A DNA stretch of 59,156 nucleotides, from IMG/VR virus record IMGVR_UViG_3300045988_148442, positions 1 through 59,156 of that record; one strand, written 5' to 3'. This document shows, piece after piece, positions 24,725 to 33,732 of this stretch. Each line of letters starts with the position of its first letter. The stretch's first letter is position 1. The translations under genes were made by a program, and so were the position numbers. The DNA comes from a virus. The notes under the pieces are model-generated. The model saw only the letters and a list, made by a program, of their open reading frames with translations. It had not been told where the DNA came from and ran no database searches.

Positions 24725-24949
24725 TTACAACATATTTTCTATTTTGTATTTATGTTCTTTGGTAATTTGTAAATTGCAAAAATAGGTTATCGTGTTCAAA
24801 TTATCATAAATTGATTTTCTATCTGCTGAAATATTGTATATATTATGTAATTTGTCTAATATTTCTTTAATTGATAGTCCATTAGGATATTCGTGTAATA
24901 GTTTATTTACGGCTAAAATTCTTAATTTAGTGTCGGATTTAGTAACCAT
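24725..24949 (-). CDS. Small winged-helix-like protein downstream of the tyrosine recombinase
   Basis: 74 aa with LSIKEILDKLHNIYNISADRKSIYDNL. Confidence 0.4.
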   Translation of the reverse strand: MVTKSDTKLRILAVNKLLHEYPNGLSIKEILDKLHNIYNISADRKSIYDNLNTITYFCNLQITKEHKYKIENML

Positions 24950-24967
24950 AATTATAACACCATCTCT

Positions 24968-25873
24968 TTATAATATTGCCATAGTACGCATAATTGTATT
25001 TGTATCTTTATCGTCTAATTCTTGAATTATGTGTAAATATACTTTTTGAGTTGTAGCCATATCGCTATGTCCTAATCTTCGTGAAACACTTGCAATAGAT
25101 ACTCCTGACGCAAGCAAAATAGAAGCGTGTGTATGTCTTAATCCGTGTACGCTTATTTCAGGAATACCTTGTCTTTTACAATGTCTAACCAAAATATCAT
25201 TCAATGTAGAATTATAAAAAGGTTTGTCTTTACTAACAAAAATAGGTTCGTCTTTTGGAAGCCCCTTTATAACGTTTGAAAATTGCCCTATTATTTGCCA
25301 ATCAATTTGTATATTTCTGACTGACGATTTATTTTTTGTAGGTACAAATCCTCCACCATCTTTATAATTCCAAGTTTTATTCACAATAATATATTGCCTA
25401 TTAAAATCAAAATCATTCGGTGTCAATGCTACGGCTTCAGAACATCTCATACCTGTTTTGGCAATCAAAAGGATAAGCCAATCATAATTGGGTTTATCGT
25501 CCAATTTTAAGTCTGATATTAGTTTTTGCAACTCAAATAGATTTAAAAATTTTATTTTCTTTTTTCTCGGTTGTTTTCCTTTTATAACAACTTTACGTGT
25601 AGGGTCTTTCTCTACAAGTCCATCATCAATAGCGTCTAAAATAACAGATTTTAAGTGATGATGAAAATCATAAACAGTTTGCTTTTCGTGATTTTCTGAA
25701 TATTTATTTATTATTTCCTGATAAACAATCCTGTTAAGTTCGCTTAATTGTAAATCACCTGCAAGTTTTTTTAGCCACGATAAAGTAAGCATATATTTTT
25801 TTAATGTTACATCTCTAACCGCTCCAACTTTATAAAGGTTTACCCATTTTTCAAAATATTCTACAAATGTCAT
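24968..25873 (-). CDS. Tyrosine recombinase (phage integrase / XerC-D-like)
   Basis: AKTGMRCSEAVAL, HGLRHTHASILL and GHSDMATTQKVYLH together supply the R..HxxR..H..Y catalytic set. Confidence 0.9.
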   Translation of the reverse strand: MTFVEYFEKWVNLYKVGAVRDVTLKKYMLTLSWLKKLAGDLQLSELNRIVYQEIINKYSENHEKQTVYDFHHHLKSVILDAIDDGLVEKDPTRKVVIKGKQPRKKKIKFLNLFELQKLISDLKLDDKPNYDWLILLIAKTGMRCSEAVALTPNDFDFNRQYIIVNKTWNYKDGGGFVPTKNKSSVRNIQIDWQIIGQFSNVIKGLPKDEPIFVSKDKPFYNSTLNDILVRHCKRQGIPEISVHGLRHTHASILLASGVSIASVSRRLGHSDMATTQKVYLHIIQELDDKDTNTIMRTMAIL

Positions 25874-26120
25874 TTAAATTATCCTTTCCCCAATTTTTTC
25901 TTTTATAGTAGTCAATATGTTCAACGCTATTGTGAATTAATGCATATTTACCGCTACCAATAATTTCTTCTGCTTTATTTATAGCGTCATTTTCATTATC
26001 ATAATCTGCAACAATTTCAAACCGACACCCTTTTTTTGAATCTGCCATACGATATGAGTTAATATATGGAACTTCAACTTGTTTGGGGCAAATAACCCAA
26101 TATTTCTTAAATTTTCTCAT
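25851..26120 (-). CDS. Hypothetical protein
   Basis: 89-aa ORF that overlaps the recombinase start by 23 nt. Confidence 0.5.
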   Translation of the reverse strand: MRKFKKYWVICPKQVEVPYINSYRMADSKKGCRFEIVADYDNENDAINKAEEIIGSGKYALIHNSVEHIDYYKRKNWGKDNLNDICRIF

Positions 26121-26124
26121 TATG

Positions 26125-27807
26125 TTATTCTCCTAACATCAGCACTTGATTATTTGTAACAGGTGCAAGATAATAATTTGATTTTGCCATAACCTCGTTA
26201 TAGGCTTGTTCACCCTGAAAACTGTCTATAACCTCTTTTTCTTCGACTGTCATATCTTTATATTTCTTTTTGCCGTATGCAGGTGGTAACCACCCTTTAC
26301 GCTGTCCTGCGTAAATGTTAAAGCGGTCTATCAATTCGGGGCAAGTGAAAGTAATATGTACCGTACCTTTTTTATAAAAATTGACTTTGAAAAATTTACA
26401 TTCTATATTCTTTGTTTCACCTAAATCAAAATAATTTTGTATTCTTAACCAACTGTCAACCTCTCTTGTCATACCACCATCAAGAAAGTTTAGTATTCTT
26501 TCAATATCTTCTAACACTTTTCTTGCCTCATATGAACGAGGTTCACCACTCCAACTACTAAATACACCGTGACAAGGCAAAATAACCTTTTTATTAATCT
26601 TATAAGCACTGTTTGTTTTCCAACCGTTATAATAATGCCTATTCTTTGAAAATTCAGGATAATATGAATGTGTTTCTGTCAATCGGTCATACATTGCTAT
26701 TATCTCATCTTCAATACCTTGCTTTATTTGTGAGTTCATTTCAACTGATAGTGTGTAAATGTTAAACTCTGTAAAATCATAGTCAGCAAGTTTTTGCACT
26801 TTTTCTCTGTATTCGTCTTGCAGTTTACTTGTTAATTTGCCAATAAATTTTGGATTTGATAATAATGCCCTCCAATATTTCAATCGAACATCTTTTAAAT
26901 AATCGTTAATTGGTACACAATCGTTATAACTTCTATCATAGCTATTTACAAGCCTTAATATTGGCTTCCTATATTCATCATCAAAACTATTCTGCATATA
27001 AGGTACTAATGCTCTGTATTGCCTTATTAGTTCAAGTCCTGACTTAACCTCAACATTGAATTGATTTACCGCCGCCTTGATATAGTCAGTTAATTCAAGT
27101 TCGGTAACATCTTCATACACATCTTCTATATGTTCAGCCTTTTTGAAACGATTGTAAATGTCGCTTTCCTCTTTCACCTGTTCAATAGCAACCTTTATCA
27201 ATGCAACTTCAACGCCTGTTTTGCGTTCTGCCGATACAAAAGCGTTGTTAATATATTCAATTTGAGCGTTATATTTGTTAAGTAATTCTAATAGTGTTCT
27301 GCGTGTTTCTGTATATGGGTTTTTAAGCGTTTCGGCATTTAGCAGGCAAATTATATTACCGCCTTTTTCTTGCATTTTGAGGGCTTTCAGGAGGTGTTTA
27401 TCTCCGTTTGAAAATGGAGGGTTCATTATAATGAGGTCATATTGTTTAAAGGGGTTATAAGTGAGGAAATTATCGTGTACTATGTGTATTCCTTTTTCAA
27501 AGAAACACTTTTTTTCTGCGTCATTATAATCTAATTTATATTTCCTTTCATCTGAAAAATTATATTTCAGCACTTGCCTTAAATTTGGGTCAATTTCAAT
27601 GCAATCAACATCAAATTCAATTCTATGATAGTTACCTTCTTTTTTGGCTATCTCTTTCAAAATATCGCCTTTACCTGCTGACGGCTCTAATATCGTGTGT
27701 ATGTAATTCCAATCAATACCCTGCAACATTTTGTCAACAAGGCTCTGCGGTGTAGGATAAAACTCGCTTGTCTGTTCGTTCTCTACTATCTGTAAAACAT
27801 TACTCAT
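26125..27807 (-). CDS. N6-adenine DNA methyltransferase with a large C-terminal domain (DUF4942-like)
   Basis: FYPTP, motif I ILEPSAGKGDIL, and motif IV LIIMNPPFS. No cognate endonuclease gene is adjacent. Confidence 0.8.
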   Translation of the reverse strand: MSNVLQIVENEQTSEFYPTPQSLVDKMLQGIDWNYIHTILEPSAGKGDILKEIAKKEGNYHRIEFDVDCIEIDPNLRQVLKYNFSDERKYKLDYNDAEKKCFFEKGIHIVHDNFLTYNPFKQYDLIIMNPPFSNGDKHLLKALKMQEKGGNIICLLNAETLKNPYTETRRTLLELLNKYNAQIEYINNAFVSAERKTGVEVALIKVAIEQVKEESDIYNRFKKAEHIEDVYEDVTELELTDYIKAAVNQFNVEVKSGLELIRQYRALVPYMQNSFDDEYRKPILRLVNSYDRSYNDCVPINDYLKDVRLKYWRALLSNPKFIGKLTSKLQDEYREKVQKLADYDFTEFNIYTLSVEMNSQIKQGIEDEIIAMYDRLTETHSYYPEFSKNRHYYNGWKTNSAYKINKKVILPCHGVFSSWSGEPRSYEARKVLEDIERILNFLDGGMTREVDSWLRIQNYFDLGETKNIECKFFKVNFYKKGTVHITFTCPELIDRFNIYAGQRKGWLPPAYGKKKYKDMTVEEKEVIDSFQGEQAYNEVMAKSNYYLAPVTNNQVLMLGE

Positions 27808-27822
27808 TGTTACTTTACCTTT

Positions 27823-28011
27823 CTATATTCTCGTTAACTGTACTCTCGGCACTTCTATCATATCTATATAAGATAATGCGTGTTCCCTGTCTTTTGCTTG
27901 AATTAGTGGCTCTAATTCATAAGTAAAATTATTTACACGGTAAATGCTCCACCAACCGTCACTCTCTTGATTTATCTTAAATGTTGCTCCATTTCCGTAT
28001 ATAGTTTCCAT
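27823..28011 (-). CDS. Hypothetical protein
   Basis: 62-aa ORF. Confidence 0.5.
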   Translation of the reverse strand: METIYGNGATFKINQESDGWWSIYRVNNFTYELEPLIQAKDREHALSYIDMIEVPRVQLTRI

Positions 28012-28017
28012 TGCGTC

Positions 28018-28410
28018 TTACCTTTCCATATTCTTAAAATAATATTTTATATTATCAATATCATACTCACTATCATCATATTCACTATTCTTATCAACAA
28101 AAAATTTTTCAATAAATTCTTTGTAATCATCAAGTAAATTGTTATAAAATACTAACGCTTCATAATAATCAGTAAATGTGTTTGATGTAGCAATTTCGCT
28201 GTTTTCCTTAAAAGTGTTGACTTCGTACACTCTATGTTTCAATTCTCTTTTAAGTGCGGTTATTTTCGACTTATTGCCTTTTTCGGGTAAAACCTCAATA
28301 GTATATGCTATATCTTTTGCATACGCTTGTTTTAGATGTGATTTAAAATTACAGTCATTACAAGGGCAACTTAATAGCCAACTTATATGGTCTTGTCTTT
28401 CATTCATCAT
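28018..28410 (-). CDS. Hypothetical protein
   Basis: 130-aa ORF. Confidence 0.55.
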   Translation of the reverse strand: MMNERQDHISWLLSCPCNDCNFKSHLKQAYAKDIAYTIEVLPEKGNKSKITALKRELKHRVYEVNTFKENSEIATSNTFTDYYEALVFYNNLLDDYKEFIEKFFVDKNSEYDDSEYDIDNIKYYFKNMER

Positions 28411-28633
28411 CAGCCACCCACTTTCCGTTTTTTACAAAATACTTTCCGCTGTCAGCGTCTTTGACATACTCATAACATTCAGTTATAAATACTCGTCTAT
28501 CAAAAATTGTTATTGCAAAGTGTCCTTTGCCGTATCCTGTTTTGTCTGTAATTTCTTTTACTCCTCCGAGTTGGTAAGGCTCTGTTGAGTTGTTAAAGAA
28601 ATCATTTTTATTCATCTTTAATTCAAGTGTCAT
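28400..28633 (-). CDS. Hypothetical protein
   Basis: 77-aa ORF that overlaps its neighbours. Confidence 0.5.
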   Translation of the reverse strand: MTLELKMNKNDFFNNSTEPYQLGGVKEITDKTGYGKGHFAITIFDRRVFITECYEYVKDADSGKYFVKNGKWVADDE

Positions 28634-28847
28634 TGTTTATTTCCCCATATAAAAATGCTTCTTTACCTTGTTTATATTCTTTAAATGCACGGTCAAAATC
28701 AATAGACTTGAAAATTTCAATCATTGTTGCAACAGTCATTCTATTTATTTCTTCCATACTTTTGCCTAATTTAATTCCTACTGGCATTACTTGACTATTT
28801 CTAATCACTGTAAATAATGCTGTTTGTGTTCTCTCTAATTCAGTCAT
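28623..28847 (-). CDS. Hypothetical protein
   Basis: 74-aa ORF. Confidence 0.5.
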   Translation of the reverse strand: MTELERTQTALFTVIRNSQVMPVGIKLGKSMEEINRMTVATMIEIFKSIDFDRAFKEYKQGKEAFLYGEINNDT

Positions 28848-28849
28848 TT

Positions 28850-29077
28850 TTATTCTCCTTTCACTCTAACAACTATATCTACACCGTAAATTACATTAAG
28901 ACTGCTTCCGTTATCCCAATCAACTAAAAGGCTTGCAGTATCATCAACGCCCTTTACCGTTCCTTTTGTGCCAATGGGCGGTGCTTGCACATCGTCCATT
29001 GATACAAGTTCTATTCTTGTGCCGTTAGGATATTTCGCTCTTACTCTTTCAACGGTTTCTCTGCTCGGGAATTTCAT
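28850..29077 (-). CDS. DUF4314-like protein
   Basis: YPNGTRIELVSMDDVQAPPIGTKGTVKGVDDTASLLVDWDNGSSL. Confidence 0.45.
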   Translation of the reverse strand: MKFPSRETVERVRAKYPNGTRIELVSMDDVQAPPIGTKGTVKGVDDTASLLVDWDNGSSLNVIYGVDIVVRVKGE

Positions 29078-29079
29078 TG

Positions 29080-29382
29080 TTACACCCCCTTTGCTTCTAT
29101 CTTCTCAACCTGTGAGAATTTGAAGAACGCCGCCGTTTTCATAAACATATTTGATGTTTCTTCTTCTCCGTTATCTGTTTCAACTTTCTTGCTTGTGTAC
29201 TTCCATATTGGGAATTTTGCTATTGCCTTTTCGCCTTTCTTAACTACATATCCTAAAGACTTCCACGCTTGAAAGGTATGTATAGGTTCAGGCATTTCCA
29301 TTTCACCTATATTCATCATTTGCAAAACTCCTTGTTCTACAAGTCTTATGCTTTCTTTTTCAATGATTGCTACATTTGTCAT
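29080..29382 (-). CDS. ArdC-N-like ssDNA-binding / anti-restriction candidate
   Basis: TFQAWKSLGYVVKKGEKA resembles the TFxQWxxxGxxVxKGEK motif of the ArdC N-terminal domain. It is the first gene after promoter copy B. Confidence 0.35.
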   Translation of the reverse strand: MTNVAIIEKESIRLVEQGVLQMMNIGEMEMPEPIHTFQAWKSLGYVVKKGEKAIAKFPIWKYTSKKVETDNGEEETSNMFMKTAAFFKFSQVEKIEAKGV

Positions 29383-29415
29383 TTTTGATTACCTCTTTCT
29401 TTATTTTATATATTT

Positions 29416-29444
29416 ATTATAATACTATTGCATAATAATTTCAA
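29416..29444 (-). promoter_or_regulatory. Promoter cassette copy B (TTGAAA-17-TATAAT plus conserved leader)
   Basis: Minus strand taccgaTTGAAAttattatgcaatagtatTATAATaaatatataaaataaagaaagaggt. Confidence 0.6.
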
Positions 29445-29499
29445 TCGGTAAAATACACAAATTTTAAGAGGTTTTTTGTATAAGTTTCATAATGAAACA

Positions 29500-30501
29500 T
29501 TATTCCCACGCATTAGAAAAGTCTTTATCTTTGAATAACGCTTGTAAACCGCTTAACTGTTTTAATCTTAATAGTTCCTCTGCGTCCATTCCTATATTTT
29601 TCATTATCCAAGCGTCTGACATTCCACTTTCAACCAATTCAGCAACAATATTAGTCATTAGTTCTATACTGTGACTTCCTCTTGCTCTGTTGTGCCTGAT
29701 AGTGCTTGCCATTCGGTTTGATATATCTTTATCAATTACTACAACAGGCAGACAACCGTTTTCACGCTCGTATATGTCTTTGTGTTCAATCATTGTGCGG
29801 TAACGGTGAAATCCGTCAACTATTTCGTATTTATCTTCATCTTTTAAGTAATAGCAGACAATCGGCATTGTGTACTTATCTTCTTTTATTGATTGATACA
29901 ATAATTTCATTTCAGGAGGTGAAACCTTATTTGGATTATAAGAATTAGCTTGTATCTTTTCTATTGGTACAGGGATAACATCATATACAGGGCTTTCGGC
30001 GTACCAAGCAGTATATCCGCCAGTAGTTTTTCTTTTTCCATTTAGCACTTCACCCAAATGTCGCATATCTAAATTTAGCACTCTGCAAGCTGTGGACATA
30101 CTGTTAAATTTAATAACATCTCCTGTATTTGGATTTTTCAAAATAATCGGGCGTTCTCTGTGTTTAACAGATTTTTCTGTTCTCATTCCATAGTTTATGT
30201 TGTATGTGTGTGTACACCATTCAAGGTTTGAATAATGATTATCTGCCTTATTTTCGTTTATATGATTTACTTGTGTTTTTGTTTCAGGATTATCATTTTC
30301 GCAAAACTCATAAGCAACAAGTCTATGAACTTTAAAAGTTTGTGAATGGTCTTGCTCATTTTTCAAATTGACTATATAATAACCGTCCTTATCTTTTCTT
30401 TGAGATATTTCTTTTCCATTTGTATCTAAAATTACGCCATTTTCAGTTACTTTATATTTACCTTTTTTTACATTTGGATAAGTTATTTCTTCTATAAACA
30501 T
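29500..30501 (-). CDS. Fusion of an HNH homing-endonuclease-like module with a ParB/Srx (IbrB-type) domain
   Basis: The N-terminal half reads KVHRLVAYEF...QVNHINENKADNHYSNLEWCT, a NUMOD4/HNH_3-like pattern. The C-terminal half reads IEKIQANSYNPNKV...YEIVDGFHRYRT...IRHNRARG. Confidence 0.7.
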   Translation of the reverse strand: MFIEEITYPNVKKGKYKVTENGVILDTNGKEISQRKDKDGYYIVNLKNEQDHSQTFKVHRLVAYEFCENDNPETKTQVNHINENKADNHYSNLEWCTHTYNINYGMRTEKSVKHRERPIILKNPNTGDVIKFNSMSTACRVLNLDMRHLGEVLNGKRKTTGGYTAWYAESPVYDVIPVPIEKIQANSYNPNKVSPPEMKLLYQSIKEDKYTMPIVCYYLKDEDKYEIVDGFHRYRTMIEHKDIYERENGCLPVVVIDKDISNRMASTIRHNRARGSHSIELMTNIVAELVESGMSDAWIMKNIGMDAEELLRLKQLSGLQALFKDKDFSNAWE

Positions 30502-30513
30502 ATCTATCTCTCC

Positions 30514-31803
30514 TTATAAATTCTTGTATTTTTCTAACGCTTTACGGCGTTTTTTAATTTCGTTTTTCGTTTGAGTAAATCCCATATACTTGCAGTAATA
30601 ATCATTTTTGATGATACAAACGCACATTCTTTTGTATGTTGGTATCTCTTTAAATTTTGTGCAATTTGTATCATCTAAATAATCATCAAATGCAATAACA
30701 TCTTTACTTGATTGCTTGCTTATTTTTCCTTTGTTTTTAAATTCGGCATTTTCTGCTTCAAGTTCGGATATTGTTTCATCATCAAGGCAACCGCCTTTTT
30801 CTTTCCAAAATTTAATTGAAGTATTGAGTTTTTCAAGGTAATGTTGTTTAGTTTTATCATCAAGGGTATCAAGCAAAAAATAACAATATTCTTTCCAAGT
30901 AAAATGGTCGGGCTTTTTAATCTTTTTCCAACCCATAGCGGTTGTATCACCATATAAACCTAAAAAATTTACTCCGTTTACTCTGCCCACCATTTTCCCC
31001 CAATTATTCGGGTCAATCACTTTGTAATATTTTAGTGTAGCACCTGCACAATCATTAAACGGACTTGCAACTCTCATTTGTTCTATTCCCATTCCTGCTT
31101 GATAATATAAATCATATAATTTGTTATACGGCTTTTCATATTTTCCGTTGTATATCCAAACATCTTGTGTTTCCCAATCATAGATAGGAAATCCGTGATA
31201 AACACCACAATTTTGTTCAAGTACATACTTTTTGCTTTTGTATTTGCGTATATCGGTTTTTGCTCTCATATAGCGTGTATAACTCTCACTTGCTCTTATT
31301 CCTGTTATAACGATTGTTTTTTTATTTCCGTGTGTTTTCTTATACCACACGCAAAAATTGTCTTGTACTTCATAATCAGGTGCATTATAAACAAATTCGC
31401 AATTATCTTGATTTATCACATAACTATAATCTGGAATATCTCGTACCCATATATCCTTTTTAGATTGTTCCCACGGTGTCCAGTAAGCACCTTGCATATT
31501 ACAACAGCATTGAGCCTTAATGGGTAAACATAACCAATACCGCTTTATATCACTGAATTTTGTGAATGTTTCCGTTACATAATCGGTTGTCATTTGATAT
31601 TGTGCTTCATAGTCAAGATGATACATAGCTAATTTATCAAGCATATTATGCTCTTTTGCGTAATCATAGCAAAGATTAAGGCAAATTCCGCTATCCTTGC
31701 CACCGCTAAAAGCAACAATAATATTATCAAATTCATTGAAAATATAAGATATTCGCTCAACTGACGCTGTATAAACATCAACATCTAAATACTTTTTACC
31801 CAT
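30514..31803 (-). CDS. PAPS-reductase-like PP-loop ATPase with a Cys-containing C-terminal domain (IbrA / DUF3440-type)
   Basis: The PP-loop reads IIVAFSGGKDSG. The product is 429 aa and its C-terminus contains CVCIIKNDYYC. Confidence 0.8.
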   Translation of the reverse strand: MGKKYLDVDVYTASVERISYIFNEFDNIIVAFSGGKDSGICLNLCYDYAKEHNMLDKLAMYHLDYEAQYQMTTDYVTETFTKFSDIKRYWLCLPIKAQCCCNMQGAYWTPWEQSKKDIWVRDIPDYSYVINQDNCEFVYNAPDYEVQDNFCVWYKKTHGNKKTIVITGIRASESYTRYMRAKTDIRKYKSKKYVLEQNCGVYHGFPIYDWETQDVWIYNGKYEKPYNKLYDLYYQAGMGIEQMRVASPFNDCAGATLKYYKVIDPNNWGKMVGRVNGVNFLGLYGDTTAMGWKKIKKPDHFTWKEYCYFLLDTLDDKTKQHYLEKLNTSIKFWKEKGGCLDDETISELEAENAEFKNKGKISKQSSKDVIAFDDYLDDTNCTKFKEIPTYKRMCVCIIKNDYYCKYMGFTQTKNEIKKRRKALEKYKNL

Positions 31804-33023
31804 TCTTTTACTCCTTTCTGTGCTATCTCTTTTTTTACTTCATCAAGCAAATTCGACTTTTTATCTAAACTACCTTGTATAAGTCTTTCAAGTCCTACAT
31901 TACACCAAAGGTTGTAATAATCAACATCATATTCCTGCCCTATTCTGTATATCCTTGCTTCTGCCTGTTCTCTTTGTGCATAATCAAAGGTATGTTCAGC
32001 AAATATTATGTTTTTGCAAAATTGTAGGTTAAGCCCAAAAGCACCGCAACCGTAAGTAATATATAGCACTCTTTCGTTCTCTCTGAACCTCTGTATTGCA
32101 TTTTTTCTCTGCTCTGTATTCATATCACCTACAACCTTTAACGCTCCGTCAGGTATGCTTTTAAGGTATTTTACAAATACTATTACTTTACCCTCAATAT
32201 CATTTATCAACTTATTTAACTTATTTTCCCTATCAGTCACACTACAATAATGAGATTGTAATAATTGAGAAAATGCGAAAAAGTCAATATTGCTCATATC
32301 ATCAATCACTTTTTCAAGATATTCATTTTTTATAAATTCATATTCTGCATATTCCTTACAATTCATTAAATAATATATATCGTGATACCTCTTTTTCGCT
32401 TCAATATCAAGTTTACAATCAAAAATATAAGGCTGAATAAGACTTATTAAATGCTCAATATTATGCTGTTTTTTTACAATTCCTTTCAATTTCCCTCTAA
32501 TGTAATACTCGCAATAGGTATTTTTAAATTCGTTGTAACTCATATTGAGGATTTTTGGGGATAAAAATTGCATTTGCGTCCAAAGGTCGAGGACATTTTT
32601 GGAAAGTGGTGTGCCGTTTAAAATCAATTTGTAGGTTGCTAACTCGCCGATTTTTAATATTCTTTCTGTTCGTTTTGCGTCCTTATTCTTAATTTTTAAA
32701 CTTTCATCAACTACCACAAAGCACCGTTTATTTTGCATTTTTTCAAGCACATCAAGATATATTCGGTCACTACTTCCGATACTTTCACAACCCACAATAT
32801 CAAGCGTTAATTCAGAGTGCCATTTCTGCCGTTCCGTTTCAATTTCATTTTTGAGGGAGTAAGGGCAAATCCAAAGTACATAATCAACCTTATGTATCTT
32901 ACTTGCAATAAGGTCAAGGGCTACCTTTGTTTTGCCCGTTCCCTGCTCCATAAACAAAGCACCAACTTTTAACTTTGATAATTTATCAAACGCTGACTGT
33001 TGATTATTCGTCTTTGAGTTCAT
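31785..33023 (-). CDS. Compact SNF2-family helicase/translocase
   Basis: Motif I EQGTGKT, motif II VVVDESLKIKN, motif III LNGTPLSKN, and motif VI QREQAEARIYRIGQ. Confidence 0.8.
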   Translation of the reverse strand: MNSKTNNQQSAFDKLSKLKVGALFMEQGTGKTKVALDLIASKIHKVDYVLWICPYSLKNEIETERQKWHSELTLDIVGCESIGSSDRIYLDVLEKMQNKRCFVVVDESLKIKNKDAKRTERILKIGELATYKLILNGTPLSKNVLDLWTQMQFLSPKILNMSYNEFKNTYCEYYIRGKLKGIVKKQHNIEHLISLIQPYIFDCKLDIEAKKRYHDIYYLMNCKEYAEYEFIKNEYLEKVIDDMSNIDFFAFSQLLQSHYCSVTDRENKLNKLINDIEGKVIVFVKYLKSIPDGALKVVGDMNTEQRKNAIQRFRENERVLYITYGCGAFGLNLQFCKNIIFAEHTFDYAQREQAEARIYRIGQEYDVDYYNLWCNVGLERLIQGSLDKKSNLLDEVKKEIAQKGVKEWVKSI

Positions 33024-33396
33024 CTATAGCCTCTGCCTTTTCTGCTTCTTTTTCTACAGGTTTGTGAGTTTCATATGGATTTTTAAACTCTTTCTTTGAT
33101 ATATTTTTATCAATAATACCAAACGCTTCTTCAAATTCAGAAACACCTATTGTTTTTTCTGAAATTACTTCACGCCTGTTATATACACCGTTTCCATACT
33201 TTTTAAGATTAAATTGAAACTCCTCTGTATATCCTACCGACACGGCGGCTGAATGTCTGCCGTTTCTCACTAATTTTGACGAATGCCAAAATACATATCC
33301 GTCATATTTTGAATTATGTGGCATTTTGAATAAAACCGCTTTTTCAGTTTCAGTTTTGATTAAATTTGTATTGATGTTAATATTTTTCCAATTCAT
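33004..33396 (-). CDS. Hypothetical protein co-translated with the SNF2 gene
   Basis: 130 aa with 20-nt overlap with the SNF2 start. Confidence 0.55.
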   Translation of the reverse strand: MNWKNININTNLIKTETEKAVLFKMPHNSKYDGYVFWHSSKLVRNGRHSAAVSVGYTEEFQFNLKKYGNGVYNRREVISEKTIGVSEFEEAFGIIDKNISKKEFKNPYETHKPVEKEAEKAEAIDELKDE

Positions 33397-33448
33397 TTAT
33401 TTTTACCTTTTTGCGGAGAGTGTTGTTTACACTCTCCGCTTCTCCTTA

Positions 33449-33700
33449 TCAGAATTTCAATGTCATTAAAATTTCTTCATCTGCGAAGATGTAACATCTT
33501 AATTTTTCGTCCCAAATTTCTCTGTTAGTTATAACTGTTACACCGTTAAGCTTCCAAGTAACAGAATATTCTCTACCGTCTTTTAAATCAGGAAGTTCAA
33601 CATTTGCAATAGCTTCGATTGCTTTTAAATACCAATCACAATGTGAATTGTTGTATGATTTTGATAATTCGTTTAAAAGTAAAATTTTTGTGTTTGTCAT
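33449..33700 (-). CDS. Hypothetical protein, first gene after promoter copy C
   Basis: 83 aa. AAAGAAAGAGGT lies upstream of ATG 33700. Confidence 0.55.
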   Translation of the reverse strand: MTNTKILLLNELSKSYNNSHCDWYLKAIEAIANVELPDLKDGREYSVTWKLNGVTVITNREIWDEKLRCYIFADEEILMTLKF

Positions 33701-33732
33701 AATAAATACCTCTTTCTTTATTTTGTGATTAT

